Source: Dehalococcoidia bacterium
GTDB lineage: Bacteria; Chloroflexota; Dehalococcoidia; Lucifugimonadales; QGNO01
Reading direction: 5' to 3'
DNA length: 35,077 nt
Assembly: GCA_034421495.1 (NCBI GenBank)
Contig: DAOUKI010000025.1
Coordinates: forward strand, 1-35,077
Every line of letters begins with the position of its first letter. Position 1 is the stretch's first letter. The notes beneath the pieces were generated by a model, which saw nothing but the letters and a program-made list of their open reading frames with translations, had not been told where the DNA came from and did no database searches. Both the position numbers and the translations under genes were made by a program. Positions 18,954 to 26,944 of the stretch are shown one piece after another.

Positions 18954-19216
18954 ACCTAGTCTTCAGGGCACTCGCGGACCCAATACGAAGGTTGATGCTG
19001 GACGAGCTCTCTGAGCGCAACGAGCAGACGCTCTACGAGCTCACAGCGCGCCTGATAATGCGCCATGAAGTCGCCATCTCCCGACAGGCCCTGGCCAAGC
19101 ACATTGATCTCCTGGAAAAAGCAGGGCTCGTAAGCTCAGAGAAGCGTGGCAAATATCGGATGCTTGTCTTCAACGATGAACCCCTCAGGGCTGTCATGGA
19201 TCGATGGCTCAAGTGA
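18944..19216 (+). CDS. ArsR/SmtB-family winged-helix transcriptional regulator
   Basis: FRALADPIRRLMLDEL.....T..EL......S....S.HI..L..AGLV......G fits the ArsR HTH pattern. Confidence 0.85.
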   Translation: MHTDLVFRALADPIRRLMLDELSERNEQTLYELTARLIMRHEVAISRQALAKHIDLLEKAGLVSSEKRGKYRMLVFNDEPLRAVMDRWLK

Positions 19217-19244
19217 CACTATGAGAAGAAAAAGGAGGCCGGAA

Positions 19245-19628
19245 ATGCGCATTACGCTCACCAGTGTTTTCGTAAGTGACCAGGATGAAGCTCGAAGGTT
19301 CTACACGGAGACCCTCGGCTTTGTGAAGAAGCACGACGTCCCCGTTGGGGAATTCAAATGGCTTACCGTAGTCTCGCCCGATGACCCGGATGGGACCGAG
19401 CTTCTGCTCGAACCAAATGAAAACCCGGTAGCACAAGAATTTCAGAAAGGGATATTTGACCAAGGCATCCCAGCGGCATCCTTTGGCGTTACGGACATCC
19501 ACGCAGAGTATGAGAAACTGAAGTCACTGGGTGTAGCTTTTACGATGGGGCCGACGGAAATGGCCAACGTCACTATTGCGGTCTTTGACGACACCTGCGG
19601 CAACCTGATCCAAATGATGCAGACGTAA
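19245..19628 (+). CDS. Single-domain VOC (glyoxalase-fold) family protein
   Basis: Track ORF 19146..19628. The ATG at 19245 lies 6 nt after AAAGGAGG and gives MRITLTSVFVSDQDEARRFYTETLGF, a typical VOC N-terminus. Confidence 0.85.
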   Translation: MRITLTSVFVSDQDEARRFYTETLGFVKKHDVPVGEFKWLTVVSPDDPDGTELLLEPNENPVAQEFQKGIFDQGIPAASFGVTDIHAEYEKLKSLGVAFTMGPTEMANVTIAVFDDTCGNLIQMMQT

Positions 19629-19701
19629 CTACAATCGACCAGACTGCCCTGTTTGGGACGCGGGTGCAGTCTAGCCCGTCCAGGCACCTGGTGGGCCTAA
19701 G

Positions 19702-19752
19702 TTGACGGTAGACAGAACCGTCTTCGAGCTTTGGATCGGGAGCCTGGGAGCC
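19702..19752. repeat. Copy 2 of the imperfect direct repeat (see 18708)
   Basis: See copy 1. It lies between the VOC stop and the 3' end of the island's last gene. Confidence 0.6.
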
Positions 19753-19782
19753 GATACTCGTAGTGCGGGACGCCTCGACGCA

Positions 19783-22089
19783 CTATAGACCTATGGAATT
19801 CTGCTCGTCCAAGTAAAGGATGTCGCAGCGAACCTCTAGTCGCTTTCGTTCATCAGCTCTTGGCACGAACATATCAGCAATCTCATCTGGGATCGGAATG
19901 AAGGTGCGATTCTTGGTGAGTATGGTCGATGTGGTCCTTGGACCTCGCCCGGACGGAGCTTCGACGAGTCCAGGACAAAGGATGTCGTAATACAAACCAA
20001 AGCGTCTGGAGTGGTGTTGAAATACAAAGATCACCTTCCGCCCACCCCAGACAATCTCTGTTGAGTGCGGCTGAAGAAAGAAATCTCCTTTTTCGCGCTG
20101 AACTCTGTCGCTTATCGAGAGAAAGCACCTGTATCCGTTTACTGGCTGCTCACTTGTGAGAAATCTCGCGCTCGTCTCCTCTTCCCGTCGGTCTATCCCT
20201 GGTCTGGCTTCAAAAGGATCGGGAATGCTCTCCTCTTCAGGCTCGTCTCCAATCTCTTTAACGACCGAAGAAAGCAGTTCCGTACCTGCATTGCTCACTT
20301 CAACATAAGATCGATCCGTGTCGGTCAGTCTCCTCGTAGCTTCGACGACCGTAAGCCGTCCAGCGTGCAGTTCCTCAAGAATCCCCTCTAGGTCAGCCCT
20401 ATCTTCAAGGTCGTACTCAAACCATTCTCGGTTTGAGCGAAGATGACGCAAGAAGGCTTCGGCTCCTTCCCGTGTGCTACTAGGCACGAGCTTAGAGACA
20501 CGCGGGAACACGGTTGATCTAACAAAGTCCTTGACAAAGGGACTGAACGCATTGAAGTCGTCGGTATAAAGAGCCAGCAACGGTGCAATACTACCCGAAG
20601 TTGGGTCAAGGTAGATCACAACCGGGGTGTTTGTACTAGTGACGAGAAGCGCAAGTCCACCGGTTATCGATCCAAATCTGATGTCAACGGGAAGGAAATA
20701 GTCCTCTTCCAGTATTCGGGTCAACCTAGTAGCAAGTGCCGTATGACCAAAATTCAAACTAGACGCAGGGATCTCTTCCTTCACCTTGGGCGTGACATCT
20801 ACTTCTGTTACCCCGTGTATCCTCAAATAGCCGAGCTCGCAGTCACGTCTAGGGGTCCGCCGAGACAGTACGACGAGCGGTTCATCTTCACTCGCATACG
20901 TTTGGACCACAGACTCATCACGACCTCCGTAATACCTCAACCCGCTACGTCCAACAATTGACGATAGTGCTTGCGGTTCACCACCAGGTCGAGGTGTAAC
21001 TTCAAGATGACCACAAAGCGAGAATTGGTTTGTGGCAACTATCCATTGAAGGAAGCCATCGTTTGAGAAAGACTCGGGATGTTCGGCGGCGATTGGCGAA
21101 ACCAGATTGTCCAGAGCGGAGATGATTCGTTGCAACAACTGACTTGATGCAGCGTCCAGGGCTTCACGGCCAGCTGTGGGTTGTAAGAAAGGGAGATCTA
21201 TCACGCCACCCCAGCGGTATCCAGACTGTGCTGCAACGTTGGCAAGGCCGAAGCCAGACCGTAATGTACGAATCATATTATGACCCTGCACTAATACGAT
21301 CGCCCCCGGCCTCCCGAGCCCTGTCTCAGACTTGAGGCCCTCAAGGATTATCCGAAGCTCTCCAGAAGCCATGCCATGTAGTTCCAGATTGCCGGACAGG
21401 ATATCGGCCAACGAGATGTCTGTCCTGTGCTCGTACCACGTATGCCTTTCGGATGGCAACGCATCCCTATGTTTGGCACCGCTGATCTTCTCGGTATTGA
21501 AGAAAACGGGTATGTCTACAAACTCCACGAATTCCCGAAGATATGTACGTGCGTCCTGAACAGACAACCCATGTCCCGGCGTAAGGTGAGCTCGTACGGT
21601 AGTCCCCGGTGCGCCGGTCTGTTCAGCTGGTGTTACGGATATACTCGGAGTGTCCGTCGATAACTCAGACTTCAAGACTGATGACAAGGTTCGTTCACCT
21701 GTAATTGCGGACTCACTTTCAACGGAGAGTTCGTCGGCGACACCGAAGTTGGCCATCGCTCCGATTCCAAACGTGCCTACCACACCAGCCGCCCGAGCGG
21801 CATCGCTATTCTTGCCACTCTTCCCCGCGTACCAAAAGTTTGCCTCAATCTCCTCTGCCGTCATACCAATTCCATTGTCGGTGACAACGACCTCTTCGCC
21901 ATTGACGGTCACATGGATTTCGGGTTCAAACTGGTGGCCCTCCGCTTGTCTCATCCGTACTGCGTCGAAAGCGTTTTGCGTGTTCTCCCTGAGTAGCGCG
22001 AGTGGAGATTGATAAATCTGATCGGCAAGCAACTCAAGTATTCGTGAGAACTCGACTTTGAACGCTATTCTCTTCTCAGTTGAAGTCAT
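19783..22089 (-). CDS. GHKL (HSP90/MORC-like, HATPase_c_3-type) ATPase with a ~600-aa uncharacterised C-terminal region
   Basis: Bergerat-fold motifs in the first ~115 aa: LLRENTQNAFDA (motif I, E..N..DA), VTDNGIGM (motif II, DxGxG), GTFGIGAMA (motif III). The start ATG overlaps the upstream stop (ATGA at 22089-22086). Confidence 0.8.
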   Translation of the reverse strand: MTSTEKRIAFKVEFSRILELLADQIYQSPLALLRENTQNAFDAVRMRQAEGHQFEPEIHVTVNGEEVVVTDNGIGMTAEEIEANFWYAGKSGKNSDAARAAGVVGTFGIGAMANFGVADELSVESESAITGERTLSSVLKSELSTDTPSISVTPAEQTGAPGTTVRAHLTPGHGLSVQDARTYLREFVEFVDIPVFFNTEKISGAKHRDALPSERHTWYEHRTDISLADILSGNLELHGMASGELRIILEGLKSETGLGRPGAIVLVQGHNMIRTLRSGFGLANVAAQSGYRWGGVIDLPFLQPTAGREALDAASSQLLQRIISALDNLVSPIAAEHPESFSNDGFLQWIVATNQFSLCGHLEVTPRPGGEPQALSSIVGRSGLRYYGGRDESVVQTYASEDEPLVVLSRRTPRRDCELGYLRIHGVTEVDVTPKVKEEIPASSLNFGHTALATRLTRILEEDYFLPVDIRFGSITGGLALLVTSTNTPVVIYLDPTSGSIAPLLALYTDDFNAFSPFVKDFVRSTVFPRVSKLVPSSTREGAEAFLRHLRSNREWFEYDLEDRADLEGILEELHAGRLTVVEATRRLTDTDRSYVEVSNAGTELLSSVVKEIGDEPEEESIPDPFEARPGIDRREEETSARFLTSEQPVNGYRCFLSISDRVQREKGDFFLQPHSTEIVWGGRKVIFVFQHHSRRFGLYYDILCPGLVEAPSGRGPRTTSTILTKNRTFIPIPDEIADMFVPRADERKRLEVRCDILYLDEQNSIGL

Positions 22090-23507
22090 GAGATCACCTT
22101 TCTGGCAGCGATGACCGCAGTGAGCTCCCTAAATATAGATGGGTCAATCAATGCCGACATAGTCTGGAGGCGCATTGAGGCTTCAGTGAATCGACGACAC
22201 TCAAGCAGAAGAGAAATGACTTTGACAGCCTCGTCTTGACTCTGAGGCGGGTCCAAGAGCCTGAGCAACTCTTCATGTCGCCCTAGGCCCTCTAGGGCCT
22301 TAATCTGGATCTGCCGTTTAACGTGTAGGTGGTCAGAGCCGCTTGATGGAAGAAGGTCCAATGCCTCCTTATGCCTGCCAAGCGTTACTGCCGTCATGGC
22401 ATCATCAAGCCTCTGTGTCACAGTGGGTCCTTTAGGACGTGCCGGAGAGTGATGAAGAGGCAAAGTGATGAATGTGTTACCCCCGAAGTCATCTCGATGC
22501 GAGCCGGTAAACACACCTGCGGGCGACATCGCTCTTACGTGAGTAGTAACTGTCTCGCTGTCTGGATTAATCTCTACAATGTTGAATTGTCGACGCTCTC
22601 CCATAGGAAGCTCCCTATCCCCTACTGCAAACGAACCTGCACCAATCACAGCCATTGACGTCAGGTTGGGGAGACGCAGTTCGAACGGTGCTGCGCCGGC
22701 GTAGTGGTGATGTCCGTGCAGACCTAGGCTGAATCCGAAATCAATTAGCCTGTGGACAATACGCACGTCCATGTAGTCATGTGCACGTGGCCCACCTAGA
22801 ACCCCATGGTGCCACGCTGCAATGGCAACTGGGGCCTGCGAATCCTGAAGTAGTTCCCGAGCCGTGGCTAGTGCCTTAGAGTCGATCTCTCCGACATGGC
22901 AGAAGCAGTCGTTCCCATGCCAAGAGGCGAAGCCCACGACAATTAACCCAAGCGACGGATATTCAATCCGAACAATATCGTTATCCTGCAACAATGGACT
23001 TGAGTCTAGACTAGCATAGAAATCTGCTTGAAATCGCCTGAAGTGTTCAAAGCGAGATTCATACGCATCCCTGTCAACAATCTCGTAGGCTTTCTGCTCC
23101 TTCCAGTTCCAGCGAATAGTGGAGTTGGCCTCAAATGCCTTGACGTCTATGCCGTCAGGACAGGTCTCTAGTGGATTCATCGCTTGTAGAGCGCGACTCC
23201 AGTGGACATCGTGGTTCCCAGGGACAATGATGACCCGCGATAGGTCCGAGTCAACTATCTCATCTGTCAATTGCTGTAGAAAGGTTCCGACCTCGGCATA
23301 TTGGCTGGCGATCTCGGAGTCAGGGTTTGGATGATTCACACTCGTACCCTGGATAAGGTCGCCGGTCACGACTATCACTTCGGGATACGGAATGCACTCC
23401 TTCTCCCATCGCTTAGTATCGCTGAGAATCGCAGATAGGAGCTCATCATTGTCGAGACGTGGCGTTGACGTCCGATGTAGGTCTGAGATGTGAAGCAAGG
23501 TAGGCAC
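22086..23507 (-). CDS. Calcineurin-like metallophosphoesterase with a C-terminal TPR-like helical tail
   Basis: MPE motifs in order: HISDLH, VTGDLIQG, VPGNHDV, AAWHH, LHGHHH. Track ORF 22086..23606 starts at a TTG and overlaps the upstream gene by 95 nt. GTG at 23507 is in frame, lies 4 nt after the upstream TGA and behind AGGTGA, and gives (M)PTLLHISDLH, so it is preferred. Confidence 0.85.
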   Translation of the reverse strand: MPTLLHISDLHRTSTPRLDNDELLSAILSDTKRWEKECIPYPEVIVVTGDLIQGTSVNHPNPDSEIASQYAEVGTFLQQLTDEIVDSDLSRVIIVPGNHDVHWSRALQAMNPLETCPDGIDVKAFEANSTIRWNWKEQKAYEIVDRDAYESRFEHFRRFQADFYASLDSSPLLQDNDIVRIEYPSLGLIVVGFASWHGNDCFCHVGEIDSKALATARELLQDSQAPVAIAAWHHGVLGGPRAHDYMDVRIVHRLIDFGFSLGLHGHHHYAGAAPFELRLPNLTSMAVIGAGSFAVGDRELPMGERRQFNIVEINPDSETVTTHVRAMSPAGVFTGSHRDDFGGNTFITLPLHHSPARPKGPTVTQRLDDAMTAVTLGRHKEALDLLPSSGSDHLHVKRQIQIKALEGLGRHEELLRLLDPPQSQDEAVKVISLLLECRRFTEASMRLQTMSALIDPSIFRELTAVIAARKVIS

Positions 23508-23511
23508 GGGA

Positions 23512-24147
23512 TCACCTAAGACTGAATCTCGACAGCATACGCTGATAGGTATCCTTAGTATCCAACAGGCTATTCGATTCCTGACGCTTGAGTTCCCATA
23601 GCTCAATGCCTACTGCCTCTGACCCCATCTCCATCAAATTCTCGTTAGCGGGGCTGTCCAGCGTCAGCAGCGACTTGCCAGAAGCGGCGAGCTTGCGAGC
23701 GAAGGCCTCCGTCTTGCTCCTAGGCGCGGCGTGGGCGATGAAGACTCGGCCTGCCAGTGAAGCCACTAGGTCGTTGCGCTGAGCAGCGTGCTCCGCCGTG
23801 GGCCTTCGAACCGTGGCCGGGAAGGGCGAAAGGACCAGCAAGCGACCGTCGTCTAGGGCGGGGCGCCAGTCGCGTGGGATGCGCATGTTGTCGATGCCGC
23901 GAGCCGGGCAGACGACCACAGGTTGCTTGCCACGCAGCAGGAGGCGTAGACACTCCCTCTCCATCGGTGTTTGGAAGCCGCCGATGACTGGGACGCCGGC
24001 ATCGCGCATGGCCCTGGCAAGGTCGTAGGTTTTCAGTATAAGGTCGCCCGGGCAGCGATTAGAGCAGAACAGGGCCGTTAGCGGCTCGTCGAGCAGGCTG
24101 AGATTACCCTTCGACTTGCCTTTCAGTAGAAGTTCCACGTTCACCAT
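23512..24147 (-). CDS. Soluble DprA/Smf-like SLOG-superfamily Rossmann protein (putative nucleotide sensor/processor)
   Basis: Colinear with the DprA core. VPVIGGFQTPMERECLRLLL aligns with GG..GID..AH..AL. LSPFP.....P....AAQRNDLVASLAGRVFIAHAAPRSKTEAFARKLAASGKSLLTL aligns with SE.P.G..P....F..RNR.IA.LS...VV.EA...SG...TA..A...G. I saw no TM segment. Confidence 0.7.
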   Translation of the reverse strand: MVNVELLLKGKSKGNLSLLDEPLTALFCSNRCPGDLILKTYDLARAMRDAGVPVIGGFQTPMERECLRLLLRGKQPVVVCPARGIDNMRIPRDWRPALDDGRLLVLSPFPATVRRPTAEHAAQRNDLVASLAGRVFIAHAAPRSKTEAFARKLAASGKSLLTLDSPANENLMEMGSEAVGIELWELKRQESNSLLDTKDTYQRMLSRFSLR

Positions 24148-24163
24148 GCGGCACCCATCCGCC

Positions 24164-25003
24164 TTAGTCTCCTATGCAGAACAGGTCGTTGAACGCTGCC
24201 CTGGTCTTGCAGGAGTTGACCTTGCCCCTAATCTGTCCAAGCTGAGCTGAGACTCCTTTACGGAGTTTGGAGCCTGCAGGTCCTAAATACTCGTCTACAT
24301 ATGTCGACTGCCCCGTGGGATCAGGGATTGGACTCATTACCGCTTTCATCGAGTATGTGAGGAAGTGCAAGAGCATGGACCTCGAGTCCAATTCGCCTTT
24401 ATAGCCCTTGAAGGCTCCGACTGCCAGAGATTCCATGTGGTATCCCTTGATTTTTCTGCCCTCGTGGGTAATGAAGCAGTCCGCGAGGGCCTTAGCAAAC
24501 TTGATTATAGGTACGACTCTCCCACCCCTTGAGTTGTTCACTTTGGCAAGCCTGTCAAGAAAGCGCTCAGGCTGTACGATGTTACTCCACTGGGTGCTGC
24601 CGGGATCGGCGATACGGAAGCCGTTGGTCGTCCGTATCGCTGGCAGTATCTGGATTTCGGATTTATCCGCGTAGCCGACCGTTACTGCCAGTTTGCCTTT
24701 GCTAACGGGATTCTTGGGGAGCCGCCGTTGGATCGTGTCGGCCACGTACGCTATAACCTTCGAGGGAGGTTTATTCTTGAGTGACGACTGGTTCACTATC
24801 AAGAGTACGTCGACATCACTGAGGCCTGTCACGTAAGTGCTCTTCTGGACGGAGCCGCCGAACTTTGTCTGCACCACATGATCGTCTTCGTGGCTGAGCA
24901 TGCTGCACAGACCATTAAGATGTCTCGCAACAGCTTTCCCACTTCGGCGTTTGTACTGCACGAGCAAGTTCTCGCAGTACCTATTGAAATTGTCCTTTGG
25001 CAC
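24164..25003 (-). CDS. SMODS/CD-NTase-like Pol-beta-fold nucleotidyltransferase
   Basis: GTG start 3 nt after the PIN gene's TAA and behind GGAGG. It carries the hG[GS]x9-13Dh[DE]h motif FGGSVQKSTYVTGLSDVDVLLIV. Downstream it has the layout usual in minimal CD-NTases: ...VTVGY....EIQILPA..., then W....P..F...L...N...GG...P.IKF.K. Confidence 0.7.
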   Translation of the reverse strand: MPKDNFNRYCENLLVQYKRRSGKAVARHLNGLCSMLSHEDDHVVQTKFGGSVQKSTYVTGLSDVDVLLIVNQSSLKNKPPSKVIAYVADTIQRRLPKNPVSKGKLAVTVGYADKSEIQILPAIRTTNGFRIADPGSTQWSNIVQPERFLDRLAKVNNSRGGRVVPIIKFAKALADCFITHEGRKIKGYHMESLAVGAFKGYKGELDSRSMLLHFLTYSMKAVMSPIPDPTGQSTYVDEYLGPAGSKLRKGVSAQLGQIRGKVNSCKTRAAFNDLFCIGD

Positions 25004-25006
25004 GGG

Positions 25007-25456
25007 TTACGCCTCCGCCTCGACCAGATCGTCCAAGACGACGACGGGTAAGCCGTCGACACGGCGAAAGTCGGTGTCGTTACTGATGAAGAGCGTGCAG
25101 CCGGCGCTAAGGGCTGTGGCCGCGTGCAGGGCGTCGGACGTCGCCAACCCCGTCTCGGCACGGATTCGGGCGGCGTCTTCCCAAATCGCCAACGTAGCGG
25201 GGACGAGTTGCGTCTCTGCGGCGGCGAAGATGGACCGAAACAGCATCTCAAGGCGAGCGTTGCCTTCTCGCAGGGGTTTGATCAGCGTTTCCAATACAAC
25301 GAGTTCGCTGCTAGCGATAGTGAACCGGCCCGCTCTGGCTTCTTGCCACATTGGGGCCAGCAATTCTCGATACGGCTCAATACGCTCAACGCTGTAGATG
25401 ATCGCATTGGCGTCGATGTAGACTGAACCACCAGTGGGCAGCGTCAACGACCCCAT
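25007..25456 (-). CDS. vapC: PIN-domain toxin (VapC-like)
   Basis: VYIDANAIIY (first acidic residue), SELVVLE, SDALHAATA and ISNDTDF are typical PIN motifs. It overlaps the upstream antitoxin gene by 13 nt. Confidence 0.85.
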   Translation of the reverse strand: MGSLTLPTGGSVYIDANAIIYSVERIEPYRELLAPMWQEARAGRFTIASSELVVLETLIKPLREGNARLEMLFRSIFAAAETQLVPATLAIWEDAARIRAETGLATSDALHAATALSAGCTLFISNDTDFRRVDGLPVVVLDDLVEAEA

Positions 25457-25677
25457 GCTTCCTTCTCCTCCGCCAGATACGCCTTTACTTCTGCGGCTGT
25501 CTTGAAGACCAAGTGCCCCGGCGCCTCGGCCAGAATGTCAACGACTGACCGCCTCGCCACAGCAGAGACGGGACTCACCACCACGTCCACGTTCTCACCC
25601 TCGGTCAACTCCTGATCGACGATCTCTATCTTGCCGCCGGGTTGTACCGTCGTCCGTATGTGCAACGCCTTTTGCAT
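25444..25677 (-). CDS. VapB-like antitoxin (77 aa, AbrB/SpoVT-like N-terminal half)
   Basis: Position and overlap with the PIN gene. GAGGAGG lies upstream. The N-terminus MQKALHIRTTVQPGGKIEIVDQELTEGENVDVVV resembles swapped-hairpin antitoxins. Its first 25 codons are the source of the recurrent leader module. Confidence 0.7.
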   Translation of the reverse strand: MQKALHIRTTVQPGGKIEIVDQELTEGENVDVVVSPVSAVARRSVVDILAEAPGHLVFKTAAEVKAYLAEEKEAWGR

Positions 25678-25679
25678 AG

Positions 25680-26933
25680 TTAGCGCCTCCTCTTTGGTGT
25701 AGCGACATACTCCCTGCCGTCGTCAGATTGGATTATGATGGACATATCTATCCCTCCCAGTGGCGACAGTAAGTCCTTCGGTACCTTACTGACTTCTGAC
25801 TGGACTTGAGACGTCTGAATATCTGCGAACCTCCCAAAGTGAACAAGTGCGGAATTAGGCTTGTAGTCCAGAAGCAAGTGAGTAATTCTCACAAGGGAAA
25901 TAGCTGTAAGGCAGATCGGGGTATCCAAGCCAATATCCGAGGGTCCATTTTGGGATTCTCCTCGCAAAGTCAGAGGGTCATTCAACATCCCAAACACATT
26001 GTTGTGGACGTAGGAATGACTCAGCGTGTATATGTCTAGATGCGAGTATCCACCATCCCGCTTGTTCTTTTCGACATGCCCAACTTGCCGCGCTCTGCTC
26101 GGAACATCTAAAGAAGCCTTCGGGTTGTCGGGGGGAGCAGTCCAGCCATCGTGATGTTTTAGATTCCATCCGCTGTACTTGCGTTTCAGTTCAATTAGGG
26201 CTTCATGCGCGAGGAGGTTATTGACATAGAAATAATTGGCTATACTCCAGTCGTTGTACCGTTCGGCCCGAGAGGGCACTTGTGTAGTATCTCTGGCGAT
26301 GTATGCCATGTTTACTTCGATTTCAAACAGCGATCGCCACAATATGATGGCGGATTGAATGTGGCCGCTCCTGCATTGGCTGACTATCACTCGGGCTAAT
26401 GTGCATGCTTGACCGAATAACATGCGGAGTGTGGGGCCTACTTCGCACTTATCTTGTCGGTAGTGTTGCGCCGTGGCCGCCCAGCAGTTAAAGCCATTTG
26501 CAACAAGCTTGTCCAGCCACGTCAGAGATTCGCCCCATTCTCCCTTGATCGCCTTTTCGACTAGCTTCTGTTCCTTGTTAAGCGCCTTGAGTAACGGAGT
26601 TTCTTCACCGGCCCGAAACAGCTCCTGAGTTGCTTCTCTCACCTCCGCTCGTTTTTCCAGTATTCCGATAGCCTGAGAATGAGTGCAAGTAATGGGAGTT
26701 CGATGCTTCATGTGGCGGTGACAATGCTGTAAGCCGGTAGATTCGTCTACAACGCTGGCCTTGCGAGAGCACATCACCCAGGCTCCATTCTTGGGATCAA
26801 ACATGGAGATTCGCCTCACCATACTATCGCAGTTACGTTCTCCATGCTTCCTCTCGAAATTCCAATCCGGGTAGTACATCCCAAATGCTAGAGGGACGAT
26901 TGTCGACGGTTTCGGTTTCCGGAAAATCTTCAT
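25680..26933 (-). CDS. Hypothetical protein (417 aa); Cys/His-rich N-terminal part, helical C-terminal part
   Basis: Long ORF, 2 nt from the next gene and 11 nt after the previous one. CSRK...LQHCHRHMKH...CTH may bind a metal. ILWRSLFEIEVNMAYIARD reminds me of DUF5677-type helical domains; this is from weak memory and unverified. Confidence 0.6.
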   Translation of the reverse strand: MKIFRKPKPSTIVPLAFGMYYPDWNFERKHGERNCDSMVRRISMFDPKNGAWVMCSRKASVVDESTGLQHCHRHMKHRTPITCTHSQAIGILEKRAEVREATQELFRAGEETPLLKALNKEQKLVEKAIKGEWGESLTWLDKLVANGFNCWAATAQHYRQDKCEVGPTLRMLFGQACTLARVIVSQCRSGHIQSAIILWRSLFEIEVNMAYIARDTTQVPSRAERYNDWSIANYFYVNNLLAHEALIELKRKYSGWNLKHHDGWTAPPDNPKASLDVPSRARQVGHVEKNKRDGGYSHLDIYTLSHSYVHNNVFGMLNDPLTLRGESQNGPSDIGLDTPICLTAISLVRITHLLLDYKPNSALVHFGRFADIQTSQVQSEVSKVPKDLLSPLGGIDMSIIIQSDDGREYVATPKRRR

Positions 26934-26944
26934 CGCTACATCAC

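Noticed and set aside
19641-19673. Inverted repeat AGACTGC...GCAGTCT after the VOC gene, as a possible terminator.
   Set aside because: It has only a 7-bp stem with an ~18-nt loop and no U-tract, which is too weak to call.
22086-23606. Long version of the phosphoesterase ORF (TTG start at 23606).
   Set aside because: It would overlap the SLOG gene by 95 nt and add a Cys/Arg-rich non-family N-terminus. The in-frame GTG at 23507 sits right after the upstream stop and just before the HISDLH motif.
24829-25397. ORFs 24829..25251(-) and 24900..25397(+) spanning the vapC/NTase junction.
   Set aside because: They are out of frame with, or antisense to, two genes with clear PIN and NTase motifs, and their translations are Arg/Ser/Pro-rich.
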